From IMG/VR virus record IMGVR_UViG_3300044655_000391: a DNA stretch of 20,000 nucleotides; one strand, written 5' to 3'. Under the pieces are notes generated by a model, which worked only from the letters and a program-made list of their open reading frames with translations, did no database searches and was not told the DNA's origin. Positions 1 through 8,358 of the stretch are shown here, piece by piece. Both the position numbers and the translations under genes were made by a program. Positions within the stretch are counted from its first letter, which is position 1. Every line of letters begins with the position of its first letter. Origin of the DNA: an uncultured virus (IMG/VR IMGVR_UViG_3300044655_000391) (lineage: Duplodnaviria; Heunggongvirae; Uroviricota; Caudoviricetes).

Positions 1-744
1 CAACAAACTATAGAAGCTAATAATGTTTCAGATTTTAATTTAGGAACTGCTAATGCTGTTACTGTAACTTTAAGTTTTTGGGTTAAATCAAGTTTGACTG
101 GTTTATTTGGATTAGGCATACGTAATGCTCCTACTTTTAATAGAAGTTATGTTGCAACATATACAATTAGTGCAGCAAATACTTGGGAGCGAAAAACTGT
201 AACATTAACAATGGACACTACAGGAACATGGTCTACTTCTGGTAATGGAGCAGCTCTTAATATTGCATGGTCACTTGGAGTCGGAACTAATGGTCGTGGA
301 ACTGCAGGAGTATGGCAAGCAGGTGGTCAAGTCCAAACAAGCGGGTGTGTAAATGTGGTTTCAAATGCAGCAGCAACATGGCAAATTACAGGCGTTCAAC
401 TAGAACGAAATACAACCGCCACGCCTTTTGAGTGGTTACCTTATAGTACTGAGTTAGCGTTGTGTCAGAGGTATTATCAAGTAGGCGATGTGCATTTATT
501 TTCAGCAGGCACCAATTCTGGCGATGGAACAGTTTTATTTCCAGTTCAAATGCGAACAAGTCCTACTATAACATTTTCTGACAGCGCTGGAACTGCAAAT
601 AGATATACAGATAGTGGTGGCAATGGACAAACTTTTGCAATTAATGTAAATATCGCTAATGCGTATAGATTTAGGATTCAAAATCTTTTAGGTAGAATTG
701 CTACTTGGTTTGAATTTAATTATACAGTTTCAGGAGAACTTTAA
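1..744 (+). CDS. Tail fibre / receptor-binding-like protein, 5'-truncated (paralog of 2306..3493)
   Basis: Frame is open from base 1 (QQTIEANNVSDFNLGTANAVTVTLSFWVKSSLTG...), so the TTG at 94 is internal. Shares TVTLSFWV, ANTWE, ITGVQLE.NT.ATPFE, ELA.CQRYY and terminal S.EL with 2306..3493. Confidence 0.75.
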   Translation, partial: QQTIEANNVSDFNLGTANAVTVTLSFWVKSSLTGLFGLGIRNAPTFNRSYVATYTISAANTWERKTVTLTMDTTGTWSTSGNGAALNIAWSLGVGTNGRGTAGVWQAGGQVQTSGCVNVVSNAAATWQITGVQLERNTTATPFEWLPYSTELALCQRYYQVGDVHLFSAGTNSGDGTVLFPVQMRTSPTITFSDSAGTANRYTDSGGNGQTFAINVNIANAYRFRIQNLLGRIATWFEFNYTVSGEL

Positions 745-746
745 TT

Positions 747-911
747 ATGTATACATATAAATTATTGCCACCATATCAAGACAAACCATCAAAAAATATT
801 TTGCGGTTACCAGACAATGCTTATATCCCATTCGACCCAGCTAACACCGATTACCAACAATATTTAAAATGGTTAGACGAAGGCGGAGTTCCGCTTCCAG
901 CAGACGAATAA
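747..911 (+). CDS. Small 54-aa fibre-associated (assembly/chaperone-like) protein, absent from ORF track
   Basis: Manual translation MYTYKLLPPYQDKPSKNILRLPDNAYIPFDPANTDYQQYLKWLDEGGVPLPADE*. Starts 2 nt after the fibre stop. Clear paralog at 3496..3657 (IPFDPANTDYQ.YLKWL...LPADE). Confidence 0.85.
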   Translation: MYTYKLLPPYQDKPSKNILRLPDNAYIPFDPANTDYQQYLKWLDEGGVPLPADE

Positions 912-923
912 AGGAGAACTAAA

Positions 924-1274
924 ATTAGCCACTTCGCAAAAGTAGTAGACGGTAAAGTTACACAGGTCATCGTGGCTGAACCAGAATTTTTTGATACATT
1001 CGTAGATTCAAGTCCTGGTACTTGGCTACAAACAAGCTATAATACGCATGGTAATCAACACCCAGAAGGTAGACCTTTACGTGGAAATTATGCTGGTATT
1101 GGTTTTTCTTACGATGCAACTAACGATGTATTCATAGCCCCTAAACCTTTTAATTCTTGGGTTCTTAATGAAGATACTTGGCTTTGGGAAGCACCAGTTG
1201 CAATGCCAGATGATGGCAAACTATATAACTGGGATGAAGAAACAACTAATTGGAAAGAAGTAGACTTAGGATAA
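924..1274 (+). CDS. Small fibre-associated hypothetical protein, probable ATT start
   Basis: AGGAG at 912-916, then ATT-AGC-CAC-TTC-GCA-AAA at 924 giving (M)SHFAKVVDGKVTQVIVAEPEFFD... in frame with the track ORF 972..1274. WLQTSYNT / LRGNYAGIG / FIAPKPF / WEAPVAMP motifs are typical of a small phage family found next to Gly-rich fibres. Confidence 0.75.
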   Translation: MSHFAKVVDGKVTQVIVAEPEFFDTFVDSSPGTWLQTSYNTHGNQHPEGRPLRGNYAGIGFSYDATNDVFIAPKPFNSWVLNEDTWLWEAPVAMPDDGKLYNWDEETTNWKEVDLG

Positions 1275-1277
1275 TAA

Positions 1278-2084
1278 ATGACAAACGCAGTCAATCTATC
1301 AGCACTAGGTTCTAACGGAGGAACATCAGTTTCTACGTGGACTACAGGAACTCGTCCAGCTTCGCCTTTAACTGGTCAAACAGGATATAATACAACTTTA
1401 AGTACACTAGAAGTTTATAACGGAAGTGCTTGGGCACAGGTAACTAATAGTACACCACAAGTAACTGTCTATACATCAGGTTCAGGAACATATACTGTAC
1501 CTACAGGAGCTAAATACCTGTATGTAAAAATGGTTGGAGGCGGATGTGGTGGGGGTGGTGGTGGTGGTAATGGATCTAATGGTGCTGCTGTGGCACCAGG
1601 TTCAGGTGGTAATACTACTTTTGGTACATCATTATTAACTGCAACTGGATCAACAAGAAGTACTACTGGCGGTGGTGGAACTCCAGGTACTGCAACAGTT
1701 AGTAGCCCAGCAACATCAGTTGTTGCATTATCAGGTTCACAAGGTTGTGAGTGGCAGTATAACTATGGTGTTGCTACTCCAGTAGTAGGTGCGCCTGGTC
1801 AAAACTCACCATTTGGTGGAGCAGGTGCTGTAGTTGGTGGAGTAGCCTTATCTAATACTGGTTCAGGTGGCGGTGGCGGTTTTGTAAATAATACTGCTGG
1901 TAGATTTGGAGGTTCAGGAGGTTCATCAGGTGGATATATTGAAGCTATTATAACCTCTCCTTCTGCAACATATTCTTATGCTGTAGGTTCAGGGGGAACT
2001 GGTGGTACTGCTGCAGATGGTAATGGAACTAATGGCGGTGCTGGCGGTTCTGGCGTAATATACATTACTGCTTATTTTGGTTAA
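1278..2084 (+). CDS. Glycine-rich fibre/adhesin-like virion protein
   Basis: N-terminal WTTGTRPASPLTGQTGYNTTLSTLEVYNGSAW fibre-type motif, followed by a Gly-rich domain framed by YTSGSGTYTVPTGAKYLYVKMVGGG and GGSGVIYITAYF. Confidence 0.7.
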   Translation: MTNAVNLSALGSNGGTSVSTWTTGTRPASPLTGQTGYNTTLSTLEVYNGSAWAQVTNSTPQVTVYTSGSGTYTVPTGAKYLYVKMVGGGCGGGGGGGNGSNGAAVAPGSGGNTTFGTSLLTATGSTRSTTGGGGTPGTATVSSPATSVVALSGSQGCEWQYNYGVATPVVGAPGQNSPFGGAGAVVGGVALSNTGSGGGGGFVNNTAGRFGGSGGSSGGYIEAIITSPSATYSYAVGSGGTGGTAADGNGTNGGAGGSGVIYITAYFG

Positions 2085-2093
2085 AAGGATACT

Positions 2094-2306
2094 ATGAATT
2101 TAATTAGACATTGCATAATAGACACAAACACAAATTTAGTCGTAAACATTATTGACTACGAAACAGAACAAACAGGTGTACCACCTGGTTTAGAAGAACA
2201 TTTACTTTGTGTAAAGTCAGATACAGGTCAAATTGGTGGAACTTACGAAAATGGTGTAATAACTAATCCACCACAACCTGAACCAATTATTCCAGGAGTA
2301 GTATAA
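2094..2306 (+). CDS. Small 70-aa fibre-associated hypothetical protein
   Basis: AAGGA SD upstream. TAATG coupling to the next gene. IIDTNTNLVVNII...IGGTYENGVITNPP pattern is typical of small partner genes of Gly-rich fibres. Confidence 0.65.
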   Translation: MNLIRHCIIDTNTNLVVNIIDYETEQTGVPPGLEEHLLCVKSDTGQIGGTYENGVITNPPQPEPIIPGVV

Positions 2307-3493
2307 TGCCATTAACACAGGTACCACCAGCGCTTTTAACTTCCACTACAGGAACAGGATCAACTGTAGTTTTAAGTGCGTCTCCTTCATTTACAGGAAC
2401 AGTAACAACTCCTGGTGTAACCTTTTCAGATGCAAGTTCTCAGACTGCTGCAGCGTCACCTTATGTGCTAAAGAACCGTATTATAAATGGTGATATGAGG
2501 ATTGACCAAAGAAATGCTGGTGCTGCAACTGCAAACACAATTAGTGGGTATACATTAGATAGATGGCAAGTGATTCAATCTGTAACAGGAAAATTGATAG
2601 CACAACAAAATGCTGCGGCAGTTACTCCCCCAACAGGATTTACAAATTATTTAGGTGTTACATCTCAATCAAGTTATTCAATTTTGACTGGTGATTACTA
2701 TGCAATTCTTCAACCAATAGAAGGATACAACATAGCTGATTTAGACTTTGGTAAAGCTACTGCCAAAACAGTTACTTTAAGTTTTTGGGTAAGAAGTTCA
2801 TTAACAGGAACATTTAGTGGTTCTTTAAGAAATAGTGCAGCAGATAGAAGTTTTCCATTTACTTATACAATCTCTGTAGCAAATACTTGGGAACTAAAGT
2901 CTGTAACAATTGCTGGCGATACATCAGGCACTTGGCTAACAACTAATGGAATTGGTCTATATATATGGTTTAGTTTAGGAACTGGTTCTACATATTCTGG
3001 AACTGCTGGTGCTTGGGCTGCAACAAACTATGTATCAGCCACAGGTGCAACTTCAGTAGTAGGCACTAACGGAGCTACCTTCTACATCACAGGTGTCCAA
3101 CTAGAACAAAACACATCAGCAACACCTTTTGAACGCAGACTTTATGGTCAGGAATTGGCTAATTGTCAGAGGTATTATTATACAATTGGTGGAAATAACT
3201 CATTTGAAACATTTGCTACTGGTGTCATTCAAGCATCCAATAATGCAGAGTTTATATTAAATATGCCTGTTACTATGCGAGGTTTGCCTACAGCGACTAT
3301 CGGTGGAACTGCTGGAAATTTTATTGTTAATAATAATTCTTCGTTTACTCCATCTGTAATCAGTTTTGATATTTACGCTTTAAATACTTTGAGGATTTCA
3401 GCAACAATATCTGGAGCAACGGCTGGTAATGGAACATATTTGAGAGCAAACAACACTCTTTCGGCAAAAATTAATGTATCTGCGGAGTTATAA
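2306..3493 (+). CDS. Tail fibre / receptor-binding-like protein with carbohydrate-binding-like beta domain
   Basis: KNRIINGDMRIDQRNAG, YTLDRW, TLSFWVRSS, ITGVQLE, ATPFERR, ELANCQRYY motifs. Short Thr/Ser-rich N-terminal stalk (TGTGSTVVLSASPSFTGT). Paralog of 1..744. Confidence 0.75.
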   Translation: MPLTQVPPALLTSTTGTGSTVVLSASPSFTGTVTTPGVTFSDASSQTAAASPYVLKNRIINGDMRIDQRNAGAATANTISGYTLDRWQVIQSVTGKLIAQQNAAAVTPPTGFTNYLGVTSQSSYSILTGDYYAILQPIEGYNIADLDFGKATAKTVTLSFWVRSSLTGTFSGSLRNSAADRSFPFTYTISVANTWELKSVTIAGDTSGTWLTTNGIGLYIWFSLGTGSTYSGTAGAWAATNYVSATGATSVVGTNGATFYITGVQLEQNTSATPFERRLYGQELANCQRYYYTIGGNNSFETFATGVIQASNNAEFILNMPVTMRGLPTATIGGTAGNFIVNNNSSFTPSVISFDIYALNTLRISATISGATAGNGTYLRANNTLSAKINVSAEL

Positions 3494-3495
3494 TT

Positions 3496-3657
3496 ATGTA
3501 TAAACTATACAAAAGTAGAGAAGGAATGGTTCAAGTTGTTATTCGCCTATCAGATAACGCTTTCATCCCATTTGACCCAGCCAACACAGACTACCAAGCC
3601 TACCTTAAATGGCTTTCAGAATCTCCTGATAATAAACCATTGCCAGCAGATGAATAA
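3496..3657 (+). CDS. Small 53-aa fibre-associated protein, absent from ORF track (paralog of 747..911)
   Basis: MYKLYKSREGMVQVVIRLSDNAFIPFDPANTDYQAYLKWLSESPDNKPLPADE*. Same TAATTATGTATA junction after the fibre gene as at 742-753. Confidence 0.85.
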   Translation: MYKLYKSREGMVQVVIRLSDNAFIPFDPANTDYQAYLKWLSESPDNKPLPADE

Positions 3658-4120
3658 TACTGTTTGCGTATATTGGATTAGACATAAAGACCATACTGAT
3701 ATATTTAATCAGGGTTATGTTGGAATATCTAATAATTTTAAAATAAGATTAAGAGATCATAAAAGCAAACCTACTAATTTACATATGAAAAATTCAATTA
3801 ACAAGTATGGATGGGTAAACTTAATCAAAGAAAAAATATTAATTGCTACACAAGAATATTGTGTAATGATTGAAAAACAATTAAGACCTAATGATTTTAT
3901 TGGTTGGAATCAAGCTGCTGGTGGTGGAGTTCCGCCAAAATCTAAAAAAGGTATGGGTAAAGGTAGAAAATTATCAGAAGAAACTAAACTAAAAATTAGC
4001 TTAGGTGGAAAAGGAAGAAAATTTAGCATGGAAGCAAGACAAAAGATTAGACAAGCAGCTATTGCACAATGGGCTAGATATCGTGCTAATGGCAATAAAC
4101 ATTTACCTGCGGACGAATAA
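3650..4120 (+). CDS. Free-standing GIY-YIG homing endonuclease with NUMOD3-like DNA-binding repeats
   Basis: From ATG 3650: VYWI...GYVGIS (GIY-YIG variant), R.RDH, I.KYGW, conserved Glu (IEK), GWN..GG, then KGRKLSEETKLKIS and KGRKFSMEARQKIR. Visibly more AT-rich than flanking genes. The track's 3536 start only overlaps the preceding small gene. Confidence 0.85.
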   Translation: MNNTVCVYWIRHKDHTDIFNQGYVGISNNFKIRLRDHKSKPTNLHMKNSINKYGWVNLIKEKILIATQEYCVMIEKQLRPNDFIGWNQAAGGGVPPKSKKGMGKGRKLSEETKLKISLGGKGRKFSMEARQKIRQAAIAQWARYRANGNKHLPADE

Positions 4121-5019
4121 TGTTCGGGTACGCTGCCTTTGCTCAACCTACATTTGCTGGACTAGGCGGTAATTCGTTCGTACTATCTTTAACTGAAGAT
4201 ATTATTATGGCTGACGCAAGTAGCCAAGTCTTTGTATTTAATGAAGCCGTCTTTGAAAATGTTGTGATGGATGATATTGATGCTACAACAGGTGATTTCT
4301 TCGGGCTTATTAATGAATTTGTAGCAATGAACGATACTAATGCTGTTACAGCTCAGTTTGCATCAAGCATTACAGAAAATTCAGTATTAGCCGATACACC
4401 TACAATAGCAGCACAGTTCGCTGTAAGCAAGGCAGAGAATGTAGTTATGGACGATGTAAGAGATGTTTATTTTGCAGCGTTACAAGAGCGTGTTGAGCCA
4501 TTTACGATGGCTGATATTGTTTCTATCGCTGCACAGTTTATAGCTAGTTTGAATGAAAACAGTGATCTTGCAGATACACCAAGTATCACAGCTCAGTTTG
4601 CACAAAGTGTGACTGAAAACATGACAATGGCAGATGCAGCTACGGTATTAGCTGATTTTGTAGCATCAAGAACTGAAGATGTTACCATGGAAGATATTGA
4701 AACCATTATCTCAATATTCTTATTTACAATTACAGAGAATCTTGATTCAGCAGATGCAAACTCTGTTATTACGAATTACCTTGTATCTTTAGATGAAAAC
4801 GTTAATTTAGCTGATACTTCTAGTGTAACAGCTCAGTTCCAGGCTTCTATTATTGAAACATTTGCACTATTAGATTCCCAATTCCCTCGTGGATGGTTTA
4901 AAATAAACGATGACCAAGCTGTTACATGGGCAGCAATAAACAATGATAATTCAGTATCTTGGACTGAAATTAATAACAATGTACCTACTTCATGGACAGA
5001 TATAAATAATACTCAATAA
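4120..5019 (+). CDS. Acidic repeat-containing virion structural (fibre shaft-like) protein
   Basis: MFGYAAFAQPTFA N-terminus. Twelve in-phase 20-aa repeats and four C-terminal 11-aa W-x-x-I-N repeats. TAATG-coupled to the upstream gene. Confidence 0.65.
   Translation: MFGYAAFAQPTFAGLGGNSFVLSLTEDIIMADASSQVFVFNEAVFENVVMDDIDATTGDFFGLINEFVAMNDTNAVTAQFASSITENSVLADTPTIAAQFAVSKAENVVMDDVRDVYFAALQERVEPFTMADIVSIAAQFIASLNENSDLADTPSITAQFAQSVTENMTMADAATVLADFVASRTEDVTMEDIETIISIFLFTITENLDSADANSVITNYLVSLDENVNLADTSSVTAQFQASIIETFALLDSQFPRGWFKINDDQAVTWAAINNDNSVSWTEINNNVPTSWTDINNTQ
4177..4875 (+). repeat. Degenerate 60-bp (20-aa) tandem repeat, 12 units
   Basis: Glu at residues 26, 46, 66 ... 246, with no indel. 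Consensus approx. (AQ)F-x3-hydrophobic-x-E-N-x2-(M/L)-A-D. GAA/GAG codons recur exactly every 60 nt. Confidence 0.85.
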
Positions 5020-5028
5020 GGACATATC

Positions 5029-6039
5029 ATGGCAAGCACCTATTCAAGTTCGTTAAAACTTACCCTCATTGGAGATGGTGAGCAGGCTGGTACCTGGGGA
5101 TCAACTACCAATAATAATTTAAACTTAGTAGAACAAGCCGTTACAGGCGTAGATGGTATTGATCTTACTGGCCTTACAACTTATACACTATCTAGTTTTA
5201 ATGGAACTACAGATGAATCCAGAAATGCCGTATTGTTATTTACAGGCACCCCAGCATCTACAGTTACAATTACAGCTCCATTGCAAAACAAATTTTATAT
5301 TATTAAGAACGGAACTGGACAAACAGTAACAATGTCAGCTTCTGGAGGAGCTATATCTTTATCAGTTCCATCTGGAGTTACTGCACAATGTTATTGTGAT
5401 TCAACTAATCAATCTGGTACAGGTACTGGATTCTACTCTGCACAAACAGGATCTGCTGGTAACTTTACAGTTAATGGTAATTTATCTGTTACTGGAGCCC
5501 AGGTTAACACAGGAAACTTTTTAGCTGCTGGTGTTTTAGGTGCTTATACTGCATCATCATTTACAGGCGGTATTAGCAATGGCTCTGGTGCTGCAGGTAC
5601 AGTTCTTAACGTCACAGCGGTAGCAAGTGGCACAATATTTATTGGCCAAAGAGTTACTGGCTCTGGTGTATCATCTGGCACGCTTGTCACTGGATTTGGA
5701 ACAGGATCTGGTGGTGCTGGTACTTACACAGTCAACACATCTCAATTAGTAGGTGCTGGCACAACACTAACTGGTGCAGCAAGTGCAGTTGCAACAACAC
5801 CAGCAACTGGGGATAACTCAGTTAATGTTGCTACAACTGCTTTTGTTCAATCAACTGTAGGCAATTTAGGAACTATGGCATCTCAAAATGCTAATGCTGT
5901 AGCAATCACAGGTGGTACATTATCTGGCGTTACAGTTGGAGGAGCAACCATTGGCACAAATGCTACAGGTGTAAAAACAGTTTCAACAAGCACTCCAACA
6001 GGAGGATCAGATGGAGATATCTGGTACCAAGTGGTCTAA
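5029..6039 (+). CDS. Tail fibre-like structural protein
   Basis: [32 protein letters not shown]-terminus seen in aquatic podophages. Fibre motifs [13 protein letters not shown] and [18 protein letters not shown]-terminal [22 protein letters not shown]. Confidence 0.75.
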   Translation: MASTYSSSLKLTLIGDGEQAGTWGSTTNNNLNLVEQAVTGVDGIDLTGLTTYTLSSFNGTTDESRNAVLLFTGTPASTVTITAPLQNKFYIIKNGTGQTVTMSASGGAISLSVPSGVTAQCYCDSTNQSGTGTGFYSAQTGSAGNFTVNGNLSVTGAQVNTGNFLAAGVLGAYTASSFTGGISNGSGAAGTVLNVTAVASGTIFIGQRVTGSGVSSGTLVTGFGTGSGGAGTYTVNTSQLVGAGTTLTGAASAVATTPATGDNSVNVATTAFVQSTVGNLGTMASQNANAVAITGGTLSGVTVGGATIGTNATGVKTVSTSTPTGGSDGDIWYQVV

Positions 6040-6041
6040 CC

Positions 6042-7835
6042 ATGCCATTTTTATATGTAAAATCAGGTGGTGTTTGGAAAACAGTACAACGTTTATACGT
6101 TAAACAATCAGGCACATGGAAAGATGTAGCTGTAGGACTTGTTACGCAAAGCGGTATTGGAAAACAATTTTATCCAGACTCAGTAGGCCCTACAACCTAT
6201 ACAAGTCCAGGCACTTATTCATATACCGTACCTGCTGGTGTATTTTCTCTTGCTGTTGATTTAATAGGTGGCGGAGGTGGTGGATCAGGCGGTGCTTCTA
6301 AACCTGACGGTAATGCTAATTACCAATGGGCTGGTGGAGGTGGTGGAGGTGGTGCTGGTGGCCGTGTAACTTCAACCGTAGCCGTTACTCCTGGACAGGT
6401 TTTATCTGTAACTGTGGGCTCAGGTGGCGCTGGTAGTGGTGGCACTAGTGGTAGTAATTCTTCTAATGGTTCAGCTGGTACAGCTACAACAGGATTTTCT
6501 TTAACTGCTAATGGTGGCAATGGTGGCATAGGAGCTAGAGCATACTGCTGCGGTGGTGATCCAGGCCCTAGTTTTGGTGCAGGCGGCACAGGTGGTACAG
6601 GAGCTACGTCTAACGGAGGAACTGGAGGAAATGGTGCTAGAGGAGGTTCTGGACCAAGTGGCGGAGTTCATGTAAGCCCATCTCCTGCAGCAACAGGTAC
6701 AGGTGCAGGCTCTGCTGGTACCGATGGTGGAGCAGGCGATTGCGCTGGTGGTGGTGGTGGTGGTTCAGGCATTGCATCATCTGGAGGTACTGGAGGTAAT
6801 GCAGGAACTAGTTCAGGTGCTGCTGGAATCACAGGTGGTGGAGGTGGTGGTGGCGGAGCTGCTCAATCTGGAGCCACAGGAGGCGCAGGTGGTGCTGGTG
6901 GAAATGGATATATTAAAGTTACACCCATTAATGCTAATGTGGTTACTTTTTCATCAAGTTCAACATGGACCGCTCCGACAGGCGTTACATCAGTTAACTT
7001 AACTGTAGCTGGCGGTGGTGGTGGACAAGGCGGTAATTTTTTAAATACAAGTAGAACTACTTACAATGGCGCTGCTGGTACAGGCGGTCAAGTTGTAACA
7101 GGTACTGTTTCTGTTGTTCCAGGTCAAACATATACAGTTACTGTAGGCTCTGGTGGCGGATTTGGGGCAAACAGTTTTTATACCGCTGCTGGGGGTAGTG
7201 GTGGTACAGGTTATGCAAGTGGTAGTGCAGGCACTGCAAGTGGCAATGGCTCAGGTGGTGGTGGTGGTGGTTCATCCGCATTCTTATTAGGTGGAACTGT
7301 ATTGGCTGCTGCTGCTGGAGCTGCTGGTGGTGCTGGCTCTGTTGGTGGTAGTGGTGGGGCTGCGGGAGCTGGAGGTGGATCTAATGTTATTCCAGCTGGA
7401 GGATCTTCATCTACAGGATCAAATGGTGGAGCAGCATCAAGTATAACAGCATCTTATAGTGGTAGCTATAGTCAAGGGTCAGGAACTGGTCAACTTGAGG
7501 CAATACGTACTACATTAATATCTACTTACCCATTTTTATATAATTCTATAGGCGGCAGTGTATTTTACGATGGTAGTCAATTTGTTTTCCAATTAACACT
7601 AGCAGCAGGTACTGGACTAGTTGCATCTAACCCAGAACGAGGTTCTAGAGTATACTCTGCATATTCAACTCAATATTCAGCACTAAATGCGGGTGGTTTT
7701 TTTGTTGGAAATACTGTGTCAGGTATTAACTTTGCAACGACAAATACACAAGGTAATGGCGGCCAATCATTTTGGTTCTTTACAGGATTTACTTATAATA
7801 GTGGAGGTAATGGATACGTAACTATTTCGTATTAA
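6042..7835 (+). CDS. Glycine-rich adhesin-like protein with two tandem Gly-rich domains
   Basis: N-terminal LYVKSGGVWK/LYVKQSGTWK repeat. Two domains with pattern T(Y/W)..T(V/A)P.GV.S....GGGGG ... V.PGQ...VTVGSGG ... GGNGY(I/V). Confidence 0.75.
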   Translation: MPFLYVKSGGVWKTVQRLYVKQSGTWKDVAVGLVTQSGIGKQFYPDSVGPTTYTSPGTYSYTVPAGVFSLAVDLIGGGGGGSGGASKPDGNANYQWAGGGGGGGAGGRVTSTVAVTPGQVLSVTVGSGGAGSGGTSGSNSSNGSAGTATTGFSLTANGGNGGIGARAYCCGGDPGPSFGAGGTGGTGATSNGGTGGNGARGGSGPSGGVHVSPSPAATGTGAGSAGTDGGAGDCAGGGGGGSGIASSGGTGGNAGTSSGAAGITGGGGGGGGAAQSGATGGAGGAGGNGYIKVTPINANVVTFSSSSTWTAPTGVTSVNLTVAGGGGGQGGNFLNTSRTTYNGAAGTGGQVVTGTVSVVPGQTYTVTVGSGGGFGANSFYTAAGGSGGTGYASGSAGTASGNGSGGGGGGSSAFLLGGTVLAAAAGAAGGAGSVGGSGGAAGAGGGSNVIPAGGSSSTGSNGGAASSITASYSGSYSQGSGTGQLEAIRTTLISTYPFLYNSIGGSVFYDGSQFVFQLTLAAGTGLVASNPERGSRVYSAYSTQYSALNAGGFFVGNTVSGINFATTNTQGNGGQSFWFFTGFTYNSGGNGYVTISY

Positions 7836-7841
7836 AATATT

Positions 7842-8357
7842 ATGGATTATATATTATTTAAAGACGCTTTAACTCCTTCAGAGTGCCAAAGTTTTTTAGA
7901 GTTTGGTGAAAGCCAATACTCATCATTAAAAGAAGATCAGTTATATCCTAACAGAGGATATCCAGGCTTTACTTTGAAAAATTCAAAGCATGTGCTTGAT
8001 AAGCTAGCTACATTTATTACTCAATCAGAATTTAATATTAATTACGACTATAGCTTTGGTACGGGTGTTAATTTTATTAATGCACAAGATGGTGAAAAAA
8101 TAGAATTACATATAGACAGACCATTGTATGAAATGGATCAGAATTACAACATTAAACCAGAGTTTGAAAATAGAGTTTGTGCTGTTACAGTTTTAGCAGC
8201 TATTAGCGGTAATAACGTTATGTATATTGAAGAAACTGGCGTACTTATGTATCCAGGTGATGTGATCGTATTAAAAGGATTTACACCACATAAAATGAAA
8301 ACTGTTATATCAGATACCTTTTATTTATTAAGTGCTTTTTATTGTAGTGATAACTAA
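7842..8357 (+). CDS. 2OG-Fe(II) oxygenase-like (prolyl-hydroxylase/PKHD-type fold) protein
   Basis: N-terminal FKDALTPSECQSF. H-x-D (LHID, 8109-8117). PGDVIVL followed by a distal His (TPH, 8289-8291). Confidence 0.6.
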   Translation: MDYILFKDALTPSECQSFLEFGESQYSSLKEDQLYPNRGYPGFTLKNSKHVLDKLATFITQSEFNINYDYSFGTGVNFINAQDGEKIELHIDRPLYEMDQNYNIKPEFENRVCAVTVLAAISGNNVMYIEETGVLMYPGDVIVLKGFTPHKMKTVISDTFYLLSAFYCSDN

Positions 8358-8358
8358 T

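Noticed and set aside
1..3493. Diversity-generating retroelement TR/VR pair or invertase shufflon between the paralogous fibres
   Set aside because: Differences are not adenine-specific, identity is limited to short islands, copies are in direct orientation, and no reverse transcriptase or recombinase is in the window.
3536..3649. N-terminal extension of the endonuclease in the ORF track
   Set aside because: It is an alternate frame of the real small gene 3496..3657. GIY-YIG motifs begin right after ATG 3650.
3650..4120. Group I intron or intein hosting the endonuclease
   Set aside because: There is no non-coding flank for a ribozyme core, no intein terminal motifs, and the upstream gene ends intact.
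4177..4875. CRISPR-like array suggested by the 60-bp periodicity
   Set aside because: There is no conserved nucleotide repeat. The periodicity is at protein level inside an intact ORF.
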